Shown one piece after another: positions 25,801 to 39,080 of a DNA stretch of 64,000 bases (the stretch's first letter is position 1; every line of letters starts with the position of its first letter). Position numbers and translations under genes: made by a program. Origin of the DNA: Camelus ferus (Eukaryota); contig NC_045696.1 of the NCBI RefSeq assembly GCF_009834535.1, forward strand, positions 58,158,001 to 58,222,000, in the 5' to 3' direction. The notes beneath the pieces were generated by a model. The model saw only the letters and a list, made by a program, of their open reading frames with translations, made no database searches and was not told where the DNA came from.

Positions 25801-28799
25801 CCTTTATAGGACTAAACTATGCCAACAAAGGGGCTTAACAAGGGACACCCACAAATTAATAACACACAAAAGAAACTCATCACCATTAATGAATATTGCA
25901 GCAAACTATGCCCCATCCTCTTTTGGAACCCCAGTTTCATGTACTGCCTGTTCTAATTATGGTGATCTATGATCTATGATGGATCATGAAGGCCACAGCA
26001 GTCATGTTTAGGAAGAAAATGTGAGGCTGAGAAGAAAGGCACAGCTCAGTGATGTAGAAATATATGTTGGTATACACCCACATATGTATTTACTTACTCC
26101 ACATGCCCAAAACCTCCGGAAACTATGTAATTAACAAACTTTTGAATATTTACTGTTTCTTTTTACACATATATCTTTATTTCCAAAAGGAGTATTTTCA
26201 CTTGCAATATAAGGTTTAATTGAGATTATAGAAATATTTTTTAATAAAGGTGTAATCTAATAATTCCAAGTTAACTTTCTTTTATCATGAAATAAAAACT
26301 CAGTCAATATGCACAATAATAAAAGTTTATCCAACAAAGTATATTAATGCAGTAAACCTACTCTTTAGGGAAATTTCTTGATTCTAATCCATAAAATAAT
26401 TCATGGTAAAAATATATTGTTATTTTATAGTCCTTATTTCTTGTTTATAATGCTTCTTAACAAGTGTAAAATTTTTTTTCTGTTACTCTTGTCCACTTAG
26501 AAGTACCTATACAGAGTTTTGTTTTTAATATCCTAGTTAAGCTCTATACCTACATGTGTTTTAATTTGTGATTGATCTGTTTAAATGAACCTTAGTCATC
26601 ATTTGATAGAACTTATGATTCAATAAATGAATCTCTTCCATTACAATCCAGATATATGTTCACATTTCAACAACTTAAATGAAAACCTCCCTTGTTAGTC
26701 AGCTCCAGGTCCTGGGAAATTTCTTCAGATCTGGAGCAAGACAGCTCCCACTGAGCAAGTTGGCTCCCTTCCTCTTCCATTGACAGCCCTCCAAACATTT
26801 GAAGATATTGGTCATGTGTGGACTTAGCCATTAATCTAAACATCCCCTGGTTCTCAAAACCTTTCCTCATCAAACTTGGATTCACTCTCTTCTAAACCCA
26901 CCATAGCTTGTCAGAGTCCACAGTAATACTAGAATTTAGCACTTTCTCTCCTGCACTTGGCACCTAATGCTGGGAGGCCGTGGCTTCTCTTGATTAGACA
27001 TAGCTTTCTGGTTGTTTTGACTTTTTTTTAAGAGAGAATGAAGTAAAATTATCTTTTTAACACTGTGTGTGTAAATGGCTGCTGAGCCAACTAGCATCCC
27101 TCATATTTCTTTAGATTAGGAGTGATTGGAGGGTAGAGCGTGTCCTGTTTACTGTGCCAGCATGGCTGCTTGCATGTAAGAGGCTCTTGATAAATGGCTT
27201 TGAAGAAAGAACTTAAAGCTAAGTTTTCCCTATTGTATACCTAAGCAATAATTCTTGTACACATTTTACATTTATCATGATTAAAGTTCATCTTTTTATT
27301 TGTAACCTTTTGGTGCTGTTTCTTGTTCTGTTATCTGTCTCATGTGCAGTCACTTCCAGCTTTTATGTGGAATACAGATTTGAGAAGCGTGCCTTTTGTG
27401 TCAATACCATTGAATAAGAGAAATAAATTTTTCTGCAGTCTGACACAGTGGCTTGGTGGAAAACATGCTAGGTTCTGCAGGCCTTAACTGTATTGTCATT
27501 AGCATTGCCGATTAGCATTGCCAATTTACATTGTTTCTTCTTAAGTCATTTTGACTTTCAGAACTTCAGTCACTGCTTGCTTTACCTGCCTCGAAGAGTT
27601 GATAGTGTGATCAAATATGATAATATATTTAAAAATAGTTTAAAAGTCATTTTTAAGTGATATAAATCCAAGATTTGAAATCGTTATTGTTATTGATGAT
27701 ATCTTGAGAATCTCATTAAATGTTGAATAGAGATAGTTCTCCGAAATTTTGTGATTTGTTTTATAACTGCTGATCACCTAAGGTTTGAGTGTTTTGATTA
27801 ATAAGAATGTATTCATACATAGTTTTATTTCCCTAAAGTTTAGTAACTTGGTTTGTCGCTGGAAGCAGGGGTGGAGGGAGGAGTTCTTCCAATTCATATT
27901 CTTGAAATACATCCATTGTAACTATATTTTGTAGTACACAGGACTTTGTCTTTTGCAATTTAAATTATGGGCCTATGAAATTTTATTAGCTTCTTTGAAA
28001 AAAATTCTCACCAGCATTGTGTTTATTCTGCTAAATTACCTTGACTTTTTAATCGAAATGCAGTCTGTTTTAATTTTAGTATCAGTACTATAGAAAGTCA
28101 TGGAAATATTTAATGATCGTGTAGTTTGAACCCTCTCTGACGAGCAGGAAATTATCTTGTCTGCCTGACTTTTAATAGATGACATTCACCCACTGGATCT
28201 GCCAAACCAGTGTGTAAAGGTACTGTATCAGACTCTAAACTGAAAATTCAAACGGAAGTCAAGTTCAGACTCATAATTATCAGCTTTTACTTTATGCATG
28301 TCCCAGAACACTGGGGAAAATATTAAATCATTCCTGACACAGATTCCTTTCCCCATTCTGATTATGAAGATCTTAATTTAACCCTTTCCTATGTAAATTA
28401 TTCTGATTCTTTAGTTTCTGCAGTAACAGGTGATTTCAACATACCCAACCAGTGTAAAATAAAACTCCTGGTCATCATTTTTATGTAATACAAGAAGCAA
28501 ACACCAAGAGTGAGAGAATTAAATGAAAATCCTTGATTTTTGATTTCTGGCCTCTGGAAGTTATATCAGCAGTCTCAGCCCACTTATCCTGCGTATACTA
28601 GGAGTTCTAATAAATGAAGTGGGAATATTTATGTCGAGCATCCTGGACCAAGGCTGGGTTATGTGGCTGCTGGGTGTGGACATCAGATGTGTGGGTCAGC
28701 TCCCCCAGTGATAATCATTTCTGAGTCAGGGAACTAACAAACCTGTTTGAAGTAGCATTGGATCAGCTGCCAATTCATTAGTTTATAGTGCCATTTCTC

Positions 28800-29350
28800 T
28801 TTTTTTATTTTGTTAAATAGGTAAGAGTTACACATAGTAAAAACTAAATTCCAATAGTAGGGAAAGAGTGTACAATAAAAAATGTCTACCCTCCCATGGC
28901 CCCCAATTTCTCTCTCTAGAGGCAACCCTGTATGTCAGTTTCTTGGGTATTTCCCAGAGAATTCTATACATTTACAACAGGTGCGTGTGTGTATGTGTGT
29001 ATGTGTCTGTCTGTCTGCCTGTCTGCCTTTGTGTGTCCTTTAACACACTTTTCTGTACGTTTTCACTTATATATCGTTGATGTCAGTAATATCAGCACAT
29101 ACAGAAATGCTTCATTTTTAATGGTTGTATGATATATATACCTTTGTGGACACTTAAATCGTTTTTAATCTTTTCACACTGCAAACAATATTGCAGTGAG
29201 TGTTCTGTATATACTTGTACCTGCATAGCTGTAGGATAAATTCCTAGAAATGGAATTGCTGGGTCAAAGAGTAAGTACATTATTTATTTTGATAGACATT
29301 CCCAAATTACCCACCAGAAGATGGACTAGCCACAGTTCCATCAACAATGT
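28800..29350 (-). mobile_element. L1ME-type 3' fragment
   Basis: ctagaggcaacc...tagctgtaggataaattcctagaaatggaattgctgggtcaaagagta; ORF 29092-29280 (FDPAIPFLGIYP) is an ORF2 C-terminal remnant. Confidence 0.75.
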
Positions 29351-31546
29351 TTAACCACAATAGAAATTTTATCTTTCCAGTGACAAAGATTTCCTCTTCC
29401 CTTCCGAGAATTTAGATACATAGGAAACCAAAATTAGAAGATTTTTAAGGAAAATGAAATGAAGCCAAGGGAATTGCATTGTCTTGAGGGATTTTCACAC
29501 AGGGCCCCCTGCTTCACTGGGCTCTGCTCTTCTGAGACATCCCATGTCTTTCTTTTTTTTTTTTTTTTATAATGTGCTTGATAAAAATCAATTCTCTTTT
29601 CAAGACTCTTTTCAAATCTCTTTTCAGTAAACAGTCCCCTTTCAGTATGTCCTCATCCTTACCTTATTCTTTATTTTACAACTTTAAATACAGATTTTGA
29701 TTACTTTTCAATTATTACATTTTAATTTTCTTGATTATAAATTACATGTGAGGGTTTATTTCCTTCAGAAATATAAAAAAAGGATTATTTCCAAACGTAT
29801 TTCCTAAAAGCAGCTAATTCCATCAGTGATTTGTTGTGAATTCTTACTTAGAAGTAGCACTTGGTTCTTAAGAGTTTGCTTTTTGTTGTCATTTATTTCA
29901 GTGTTTTCTTGTCTTAAACCCCTAGGTTCCTCTGTTTTGGGTCAGTAGCCATCTCTGTTCTGGTTACCCTGACTGACCAGTAAGTCAGTATGAAGTGTTT
30001 TGTGGATAGAATAGTCTGTAAGGTACCAGTGATAGTCCCTCCCTAGATTTCCACATGTACCACTAAAGTCATGTGTAAGCAGAATGTGTTAAGTTGATCT
30101 GCATGACGTATGTCCAGCAGATATACAGTGAGCATGAGGTAGTGGGTTTGGTTTTGTTTTTAAGAATCTCTTGAAAATTGTTTCCTGTTTTAAATGGTAT
30201 TTATTATAACTATCATAGCTCCCGTTTACTCCTGTGAATAGTTCGGTCACTGCTTTAGCCAGCTGAGTGCTCTTCACTCACTGTTGTCCTTTTGTTGTCT
30301 GTTTCTGTACGTGTCTTCTCCTCAGAGAACGTCAGAGTGCGCGCTAGCTATTTGTGGTACTGGAATACGATAAATATTTTATAATCCTGAAAGGCTAGTG
30401 TAATTGGAGAAGTGGGAGTTGAGATTAATTGGAGAAATTCTATTAGAAAACAGTGGATACTGTTTTTAGGACTGTTAATGTTTGCAATCAGTTAAGGTAA
30501 ACTGGTAATTTGATACGTTCTATGGATAATACATAACAGATTTAGGCTAGTTCCCTCACTTTCTGCAGTTCCTATACAGAAACTTTTTTTTTCCTTAACA
30601 AATATTTTTATTAAAAATATTTTCCTGGTAACCTTAAGTCTAGAATAGGTGCTGTTCATTATCATCAGTGGGTATAATATGCTTACTAGTCTAAGGGGTA
30701 TGTGTTAGGTTTCTAAATAGGATATCATTTTTTCCTCATTCTGTTCTCACTTTCAAATTAAAATTAATGAAGGTTTGTGTGTAAACAGTATCACTGATAT
30801 AATTATTTGAAATGGGGTGCATTTCTCTAAACATTTTTCTTTTTTTTTAAACATTTTTCTAAGAATAACAATAATGTCTTTATTCAAAGATTTCACTATG
30901 GTAATTAGGCTATTTATTGGCTAATCTGGGATCCTAGCCACTATTAATTATATATCTCTAGATGAAATTTTTTTCTATGCTCCAAAAATGTTACATATTT
31001 TTTTAAAAACTGTTGACAAGAAACTTATTCCAAAATTGAGGACTAAATCTGTATTAAGTGTTTCTCCAGGGATTACATACTGGATAATTTTTATTTTGTA
31101 CTTGTACTGTTACTAATCAGTCTACAAATATATAATTTTCAGTAACAATGCTTCTTACATCTTTTTTTTTATTTTAGTTCTCATTAAAATTATAGAATGA
31201 GTCTAGATTTTGAATTAAGTTGCTATATTTTATCTCTCTATATGCCAGGACTATGACTAAGGGGAGAGAATCCTTTTAATTACATTATAGTGGTAAAATT
31301 GTTTCTGTGCTTTGGAATAAATCCACCAAAAAGATAAAGCAAATAAACTGGTAATCATCCAGCAACAGAACCTTTTTCTATCTCCTTCACAAAACCTGAG
31401 CAAAGAGCTGACAGATGTGTGAAATTACTACCATTGAGACGAGATGAAATTCCAGAGTTGATACTTAATGAAAGAGAACACCCAGTAGGTCTGATACGAT
31501 TCACTGCTGCTACCGTGAAACTAAAATGTTTGTGTTTTCATTTTAG

Positions 31547-31729
31547 TGACATTGTACGCCTCCTGTATTCTCCTGGGAGTGTTCCTGAACAGCAGCATAC
31601 CTATATTTTTTGAGCTTTTTGTGGAAACTGTCTATCCAGTTCCAGAAGGAATTACTTGCGGAGTTGTCACTTTTTTAAGTAATATGTTCATGGGAGTACT
31701 TTTGTTTTTTCTCACATTTTATCACACAG
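31547..31729 (+). CDS. SLC49A4: SLC49A4 coding exon (probably exon 8), 183 bp, symmetric phase 1 to 1
   Basis: tgttttcattttag acceptor, GTAAGA donor at 31730. Translates (V)[60 protein letters not shown], also seen in ORF 31546..31761. Confidence 0.96.
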
Positions 31730-31884
31730 GTAAGAAATTTAACTTTTTATTTACTATCTAAATGTGGCACTGATGTATAAGGAATTTATATGGAGAATTC
31801 TCACTAAGGCAGATTACTTTGAGCTTTTACATGCCAATAAAAGAAAATATCATCAGTTGCTTTTCTTGAAATGCATCCCAGCCT

Positions 31885-31996
31885 GATCTGATGCACCCTC
31901 ACACTTCTAGAGTTTCTGATTTAGTTAATCTGGACTGGGGCCCAGCATGTCTAGTTTTAAAAGCCCCCCAGGTGATTCTAATATGCAAACCACTGG
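31885..31996. mobile_element. MER5-like hAT fragment
   Basis: agagtttctgatttagttaatctgg...aaagccccccaggtgattctaatatgca. Confidence 0.65.
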
Positions 31997-32188
31997 TACC
32001 TTGCTTTTTAAAAAAGTACTTAGAATCTATTGTCTTAGCATAAGGTAGAAATTAAGGTTAGGAGTCACCTATGTGTTAGGAGATATGTATTAGGTATCTA
32101 AATAGGATATCATTTTTCCTCATGTATGTGTTTTAAAGCTTTGGTGATGAATGAGAGGTCACCCAGGGAGTGGATGGCATGTATAGGA

Positions 32189-32372
32189 CAGCTCTGTCCA
32201 GTGGAACATTTTATAATGGAGATGCTCTTTATCTGCACTGTCCAACACAGGAGCCGCTAGCCCCATGAAGCTAGTGCAGTTAGGAAACTGGATTTTTAAA
32301 TTTTATTTCATTTTAATTGATTTAAATTTAAATAGTTACATGTGGCTAGTGGCTATTGAATTGGTCAGTACA
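32189..32372 (+). mobile_element. MER3-like hAT-Charlie MITE
   Basis: ctgtccagtggaacatttt...tatctgcactgtccaa...atttaaatttaaatagttacatgtggctagtggcta. Confidence 0.8.
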
Positions 32373-35300
32373 GGTACAGAGAGGAAGGTTGAAGTTAGAA
32401 CACAGGGGTATACCTTTGAAGAAGGAGGAGGTCCTTACAAAAGAGGAAGGGATGGAGTCCTAACCCAAGTAGCAGCATTAGCCTTGGAGGAAAGGAGGTG
32501 GAGAGAAGGCAGTGTGCATGGGCAGAGAAGCAGAGGCCTCTGCTGAGCAGGTTGTTCAGGGAGTTCCTTCTAGAGGGCGCCAACTTTCTGCTTAGCAGCC
32601 AGTTCCTCTATGAAGAGTTGGTGGGAAGACAGTGGAAAAAGGGCTTAAGGAGACACGAGTAAACCAGCCTTTGAGGAGGTGGAGGGAGATGCTCCACGGA
32701 CAGCTGGGGAGACTGCTGGGGGTGTTGAAGGCCAGCGCTGCTGGTGCTGAGGTCCACGGGTTTCTAGTGGCTCTGTTTGGCACAGTTGTTTGCTTTTCTT
32801 TGATATTGTCTTTTCTGCGGTCCAAATCTGTCTATTTTAGAAAATTGGGGCACAATTATCTAGGCTTCTTTTTTTTGCATGTTAAAATAAGGATTTAGAC
32901 TTATTTTATACTTCTGTACTTTTTATTTTTATTTTATACTCGTGAGTCTTAAATATAAAGCTTTTATTAATTTCTGCTAGATTTATAGCCTATTTTATTT
33001 TATCTTAAGCTGAATGTTACTACCTTTTTTTTTCCTGGTTGTTGTTTTCCTAACTACTCATCAAATACCAGTAAATTTGGATAATTTGTACATGGAAGAG
33101 TATTATTTGTAAGACTCAAATGTAAGAAATGCTCTAAAATATAGCACTCGAAGAGACCTAATTGTTTATAGGAATCCTGGCAGACTTATAATTGAAATAA
33201 TAGCCATGGTAACTTCCTTGAGTGGAAAATAAATTTTTAAAACTTTCAAAGCTGATGAGACAGAATCTCTCTGACTTTTGTGCAGCCTTTGGCATAGCAT
33301 TTTCACCTAACAGCAAAGAGTATCCGAATGATACATTAGTTTCTTAATATAAGTAACAACAAACTGGATCATTTCTATCGACCAGTAATGCAGGTAGAGG
33401 AGGTTTCAACTTCGCTAAACCTAATGTTTGCTTTAGCCTGTGAAAGGGAGTAATATTGTCAAAGGAGTACGATGTTGATGAAGTCAGACCACTCTGCACT
33501 GTCCTCCTGGAAACGTGTGTTTCTTTTAGGGAAGATGCCATCGCCAGGTGTCAGAGTAAGGTCTTTGACACAATTAGTTTTCTAAACAAAATCATCTAAC
33601 GGTTATTACATTATCACCTTTAATCCACGTCAGCTTTGTCACAGTTGAAATTAGGAGGCTCAGTGCCTCTCTTTTCCCTGGTAAAGTATCAGAGGTGGTT
33701 GTTGCCCCTATGGGCAACAGTAGACACATTTTTCCTGCTTATGGACACAGGTGGGCTGAGTGGTCCTTGAACCTTGGCTGAACATGATTTCTTCTGTCTG
33801 GAGAGAAATCATTTTGTCTTCCCAGCATTTAAAACCAACAGTAGATGCCAGGTAATGTTATCCTCCAGTAAACTTCTTGCATGTGGCCTCTAGAATATAA
33901 CAAGCACGTATTTATAGATCAGTTTAAGGCAGAAACTACTCCTACACTGTCTGACTGTGGAGGAGCCCAGTGCACTCCTGTTCATTGTGCTCGGCCGGCA
34001 GAGTATCTCTGTCACTCTCCTGGTCCAGAGGCAGCTTCTGATTTGTCCAGCAGACTGGTGCCTGACAGGAACAGCTGGAACTGACATCAGTCAGTGCTCA
34101 CTCCTCATTTTGCAGATTTGTAGTGACCAGATACAAGCAGATATTTTTGTTTCTTTGGCATAGAGAGCAGAAGAAACACTTAGCATCATTTCTGCTAATT
34201 CCTATCCCACTGATGTAATCAAGGATTTATCGCGCTGGGGGAGAAAAAGCTTCCCTCTTTTTGGATTGGTTTCTGATCACGTGTTCTTACACATATCTTT
34301 GTAGATGTTAAAGACTTCTACCTAAACTCCATGATTATTGTGAAAAATAAAACTTTAAAAATCTTAATAGAACAGGATGATTTTCAGGACAAAAAAAAAA
34401 TCTCAGTACATTTTGACCTTTTAGTGTTAATGAGAAGATAAATGTGAAATTTATCTTAGACCAGGGCAGAGATGGTACTTACCAAATGTTTTCTTTTCTT
34501 CTGGATAATTAGCTGATTGATATTAGGAATTTAAATATTTAGGCTTCTATTTTAAAGAAATGCTTTTATATGCTTATTTGTCAGTGTGTATAGTGAATAC
34601 ACACAAACACACCCCATGTCCCTCTAAGACTAAAAAGTTACTCTATTGAGATTCTTTCACTTATGATTAATTGATTCCGCCCCAAAAGTCCTGTAGCAGA
34701 AGTCCACATTCCTTATAGCTGAGGTATGATGACACGTAAATTACAGATCTGAAAATTCTGTAGAATTATTTCCTAAAAATAGCTTTTAGTTCCACAGCAT
34801 ACAGTGTGCTAAACATCTTATATGAAAAATTGAATCCTCTGCCATTAGAGCCAGTGTCCGAATGTCATAATTCAGTCATTTTAAACTTGAAACACTCACC
34901 CAGAAGTTAGATCAAAATTCAACTGTTAGTTACATGATTGGAAGACTTGATTTTTAATCATCATAAAGGTCTGTGGTTTTTTTAGATCACTTCCCAACTA
35001 GAGTTTTTATCTCCCCACCATGTGCTGCCTGGTAGATGACTATCAGATACAGCTTTTCGGGGCGGGGCAGGCTAACCCCACAATGGCCACATCAGAGTGC
35101 CTTGCCTAGCAAGATAGGCTCCACTGGTGATCTGCTTGCAGATCATGACCACTGACGGCGAATGTCCCACAGGCTTCTCTGCCGCCACGGGCTTATTTGG
35201 AGCCCCAGGTCACAGGGTTCCCCATGTTCTGTATTGATTCTGCTTTGGGAACCTGGGACTGCATTGGAAATTTCTTGGAGTTTTTCTGACTTGGGTTTTT

Positions 35301-38300
35301 CAAGATCACTTTCCCAAAAAGTTACTTGCTCCTTAATATAAGCATATTTGCAAAACTGAGTTGCTTCTCGTAATGTTTGCTTTTCAAATCTCAGCGAGTT
35401 ATTTCAGACAGCTCTGTGATGCTTTATTCTAATAACCTCACATACAAAATCAATTTGGGAATGCTGTTATATTCCTTATATGCTCTGAAATGTATTCTGA
35501 TGTTCTGATTTATAGTTTGTAGCTTGTTCTGTAGTTTGTTATTGTCTTTTGTTGTTCTAGAAGGTTTGCAGCAGGTTTTGGCTAAAAACATTAAAGGTTT
35601 TTACCTCAGTCCTTTCATACTGAAGTAGCCGACCATGAATTTGAGGCTGCACTGTGTGCTGAGGAAGGAGGCACTAACCAGTGCTTACCAGGAGAACAGG
35701 TTCAACAGATGTGGACTAGTGAGAAGTAATTTTGTATCTAAGAAGTAAAATAATGCAATGTGATGGTCAAAGCTGTTGGGTAATTAATGTGGAATAAAGG
35801 GAGCAGGGCATTACACGGTGAAATTGTGGTGTCATCTGGCTTCTCTTGAGAGGAAATGGAGACGACTTTGTTAAATTACCGTAATTGTGGTTAAATCACC
35901 AAAGAAAGTAGAAGGTTGGTTCTGGAGGGTGGTGTCTGGAACCAGACATATACTTGAAGGTGGTAGAGCCAAAAGCATGGCATCACTGCAGGGAGAGATG
36001 AGGTGAAAAGCAAAAGTGCTCCATCCTAGTTAGTTCAGCCCCAGCAGAGCCTCACCACTGGGTGCAGAGCCCTGAGTGCAGGACAGCCCCTGTCTCACTG
36101 TGAATTGGCAGTCCTCAGGAGATGATCTAGAGAAGTGTAGGGGTGCATTGTGGAGCCTTGGAGTACGGATGTGTATTTTCTCTAGTGAATGGCAGAGGGA
36201 AGGAATGTTGGAAAACTGCTCACTTTAAAAGATATAAAGAAAATTTCGATGGATCAAGACTGTTGGTTTAATTATGTCATGTAACACTGGGCTGCAAAGG
36301 GAATGCAGTTGACTTTGCTTCTGCTAAGTCAAATTGAACTTTTAAACCAGCCATTTCATACGTGTTAGAGCACCTTAGCTGTGCTTTATGTGAATGGTTT
36401 TCAGTGAGGAAATGCAGTGAGGTTCCGTCTCTGACCTTTTGTTTTCTGAAAAGGCAAATAATTTCAAAAAACACTGGTAGTTGATTGAGCCAAGTTAACT
36501 TACTGAAAGGTGGATCTGACTTTTCAGAGAGGCACAATCGTGAAAACCAGCCAACAAACCATGACGCTGAAGAACAATCTTGAGATATTTTTAGAGATTT
36601 CATCTGAACCCAGGTAGAAGGAATAGTTTTACAGCTCTGATGAAATAAAGGTCTGCGTTGGCAATATTTGACTAATTTCTAGGACAAGTTGACTGTTGCT
36701 ATATGTGTGTTGTTCTAACTCCCCTGAAATACAGTCTCTAAGATTTAGAAAACAGCCTCATTGTAGTCCTCTTTGTCAATACTTTTAGCTATTGCTTAAA
36801 ATTCGACCATGAAGTCAAAACTCTCACCTTTAATATAAGCAGTATGCTGTTATCTCTATTTTACTGCTTTTCCTATTTTTTTCACCGCTTCTTTTTGCCT
36901 GTTAAAATTATCATCAGAAATCCAGAGGCTCTGTGGTTAATATAAAAGCAGAAAGTGCCTGGTGTGTCATGTCAAGGACCATCGGAATAAAGACAAGATC
37001 CCAGAGGTTGCAGCCTTTCTGAGTGTTTCCATTATAGGCAATCCAAGTAAAACACAGAAAACAGCTTTGCATGAAAATACCATTGAAATATGTGTCTTTG
37101 TTCCATGCTATAGAATAGCATGTCTGACTCTTTAAATGTAGAAATTGAGAGGTAGAAAGGCTGCTTTTGTGAACATATTATGGGGGGAGGGGAGGTATTT
37201 CAGCATCTTTTCTTACTGGTTGGTTTTCTGATTTCCATTCCTGAGCATAAATTGCTCTTTTCGTCATATGAATTATGGATTAAACTACAGCAGCAGCAGG
37301 GGAATCTTTAGGATGGTTTTTGAAGATTAAGGCAGTATTAGCATTCTGTAGAAGCACAGGGAAAATAAAAACTTATAGCAGCACCCAAAGGAAAAAGTGT
37401 ACCAGGGAACCTGTTTCCCTCATTTTTTTAAAAATTGTAATTGCTAAGTGGATATTAAAGAGGAGTTACCCTCTCTTCCCCACCACCAACCTCTTTATGT
37501 GAGGAAACTGCTTACTTCTGCTCTGAAGCCTCAGGACGGACTGACAGAGGGGTTGGGGTAGAAGGAGGCTGAACAGATGCGCAGCTCCATGGCCACGGAG
37601 CCGGAGGAAGCACTCAGAGGCAGCACCGTCAGCAGGGCGGCAGGTGCACCTTGGTAGCTAGAGGCCCAGATTGGCTGGTGGAGAATCCTGAATTCCTAAA
37701 GGAGTACATTCTTGATTCCATTAAATCCAAAAACAATATTATTTGAATTGCCTGTTTAGATGATACGTGTAAATTTCCTGGTAATTGGCATCATACATAA
37801 CCATTATGTTAGTAGGAAGAAGACTAGAGAGAACCCAAAATATTCACAGTAGTTTCTCTGAAGTCTTAGAATTAGGATTAATTTTCTATGTTTACTTATC
37901 TCTCTATATTTTTTAACTTATTATACAATGATTACCACTTGATGTTTTTGCTGAGAATTAGATGTTTCTATCCAAAAAAAACTATAAAAGTGTTACCTCA
38001 AAATTCAGGTGATTTTCTTATTTGTCTTTCTAATCCATCAGATATTTCTAAACAAGGACAAGAGTGATGGTTGACAGAGGGAACTTTAAAAATACTTAAC
38101 AAACTAACATTTAAAGGTGACTGATTTTTTTTTCTTTGAATAGATTTTTTTTTTTGCCACCAAAATCAAGGTGAATTAAATTGATAAAAAATCATTAAAA
38201 AATATCAATTAAAAATATTCCACAGGAAAGCCCTGTAACATATTACATTGCATCACTTAGGCTCCAGGTTGTCACTATTTATTGAAAGCCAGTTCTCAGG

Positions 38301-38419
38301 CCTTCCAGGGCACATTTATCATAAGTGCTTTTGAATGCAGAGCAGGTTGCTCCCACCATACAGGTGGTGTTCTGCTGGTGACACATGAACGCTCACAACT
38401 GCATGTTTTTGTCTTACAG

Positions 38420-38535
38420 AGTTGTCTTGGTTCAACTGGTGCCTTCCCGGGTCGTGTTTGCTCAGTCTTCTCCTCATTCTGTGCTTCAGGGAATCCTATG
38501 ACAGACTCTATCTTGATGTGGTTGTCTCAGTTTAA
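38420..38535 (+). CDS. SLC49A4: SLC49A4 terminal coding exon (probably exon 9) up to the TAA stop
   Basis: tttttgtcttacag acceptor. Translates (E)[37 protein letters not shown], with TAA at 38533-38535 followed by TAG. Confidence 0.96.
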
Positions 38536-39080
38536 TAGCACAGACTTGACGGAGTTTAAAAAGAGACTGGAAATCAATACTGCATACTGCACATTTGCTT
38601 GGAATTGCACATCTAACAGGGAAAAAAGAGGAGGAGAGAGAAACTTCATTCAGAGGTTTTGTTAGGTTACAGATGATTGCATTAATTTAATTACTACTAA
38701 GTAATAATAATGGGACTTGAGAGGTAACAGGGGGGTTTAAAAACTGTCAGTGGCATACCTGTGCCTGAGTCTGGGGTTAGAAGTGTGATGTCTTACACAG
38801 AAAGCACTACCTAAATAATTCCCTCTGTTTTGTGCCAGTGCTAAACTACTGATGGACTAATTGTAATTATGGAAAGAAATAAAGGGTGTCTATCACATGA
38901 AGATAACTCCTTCCCTAAGTCACAATCAGAATAGGAAGAAATGCCACTAACTTCTAAAGAAGTTTAAACCCTGATTCAGATTTTAATTATAAAATAGCCA
39001 AGAGGTATATCAATGATAGAAATTAGCCACATGTACACTACGTTTTTTCTAATAAAGCCATTTCTTATATGACTCCTTAT
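38536..39080 (+). other. SLC49A4: SLC49A4 proximal 3' UTR (end approximate)
   Basis: Non-repetitive sequence after the stop, with AATAAA at 38878-38883 and 39051-39056. Confidence 0.6.
39051..39056 (+). terminator. Candidate proximal polyadenylation signal
   Basis: AATAAA preceded by TGTA (atgtacac) and a T-run, followed by T-rich sequence. Confidence 0.55.

Noticed and set aside
38282..38665. 127-aa ORF over the last exon
   Set aside because: Alternative frame overlapping the real SLC49A4 exon; the spliced frame is fixed by exon phase.
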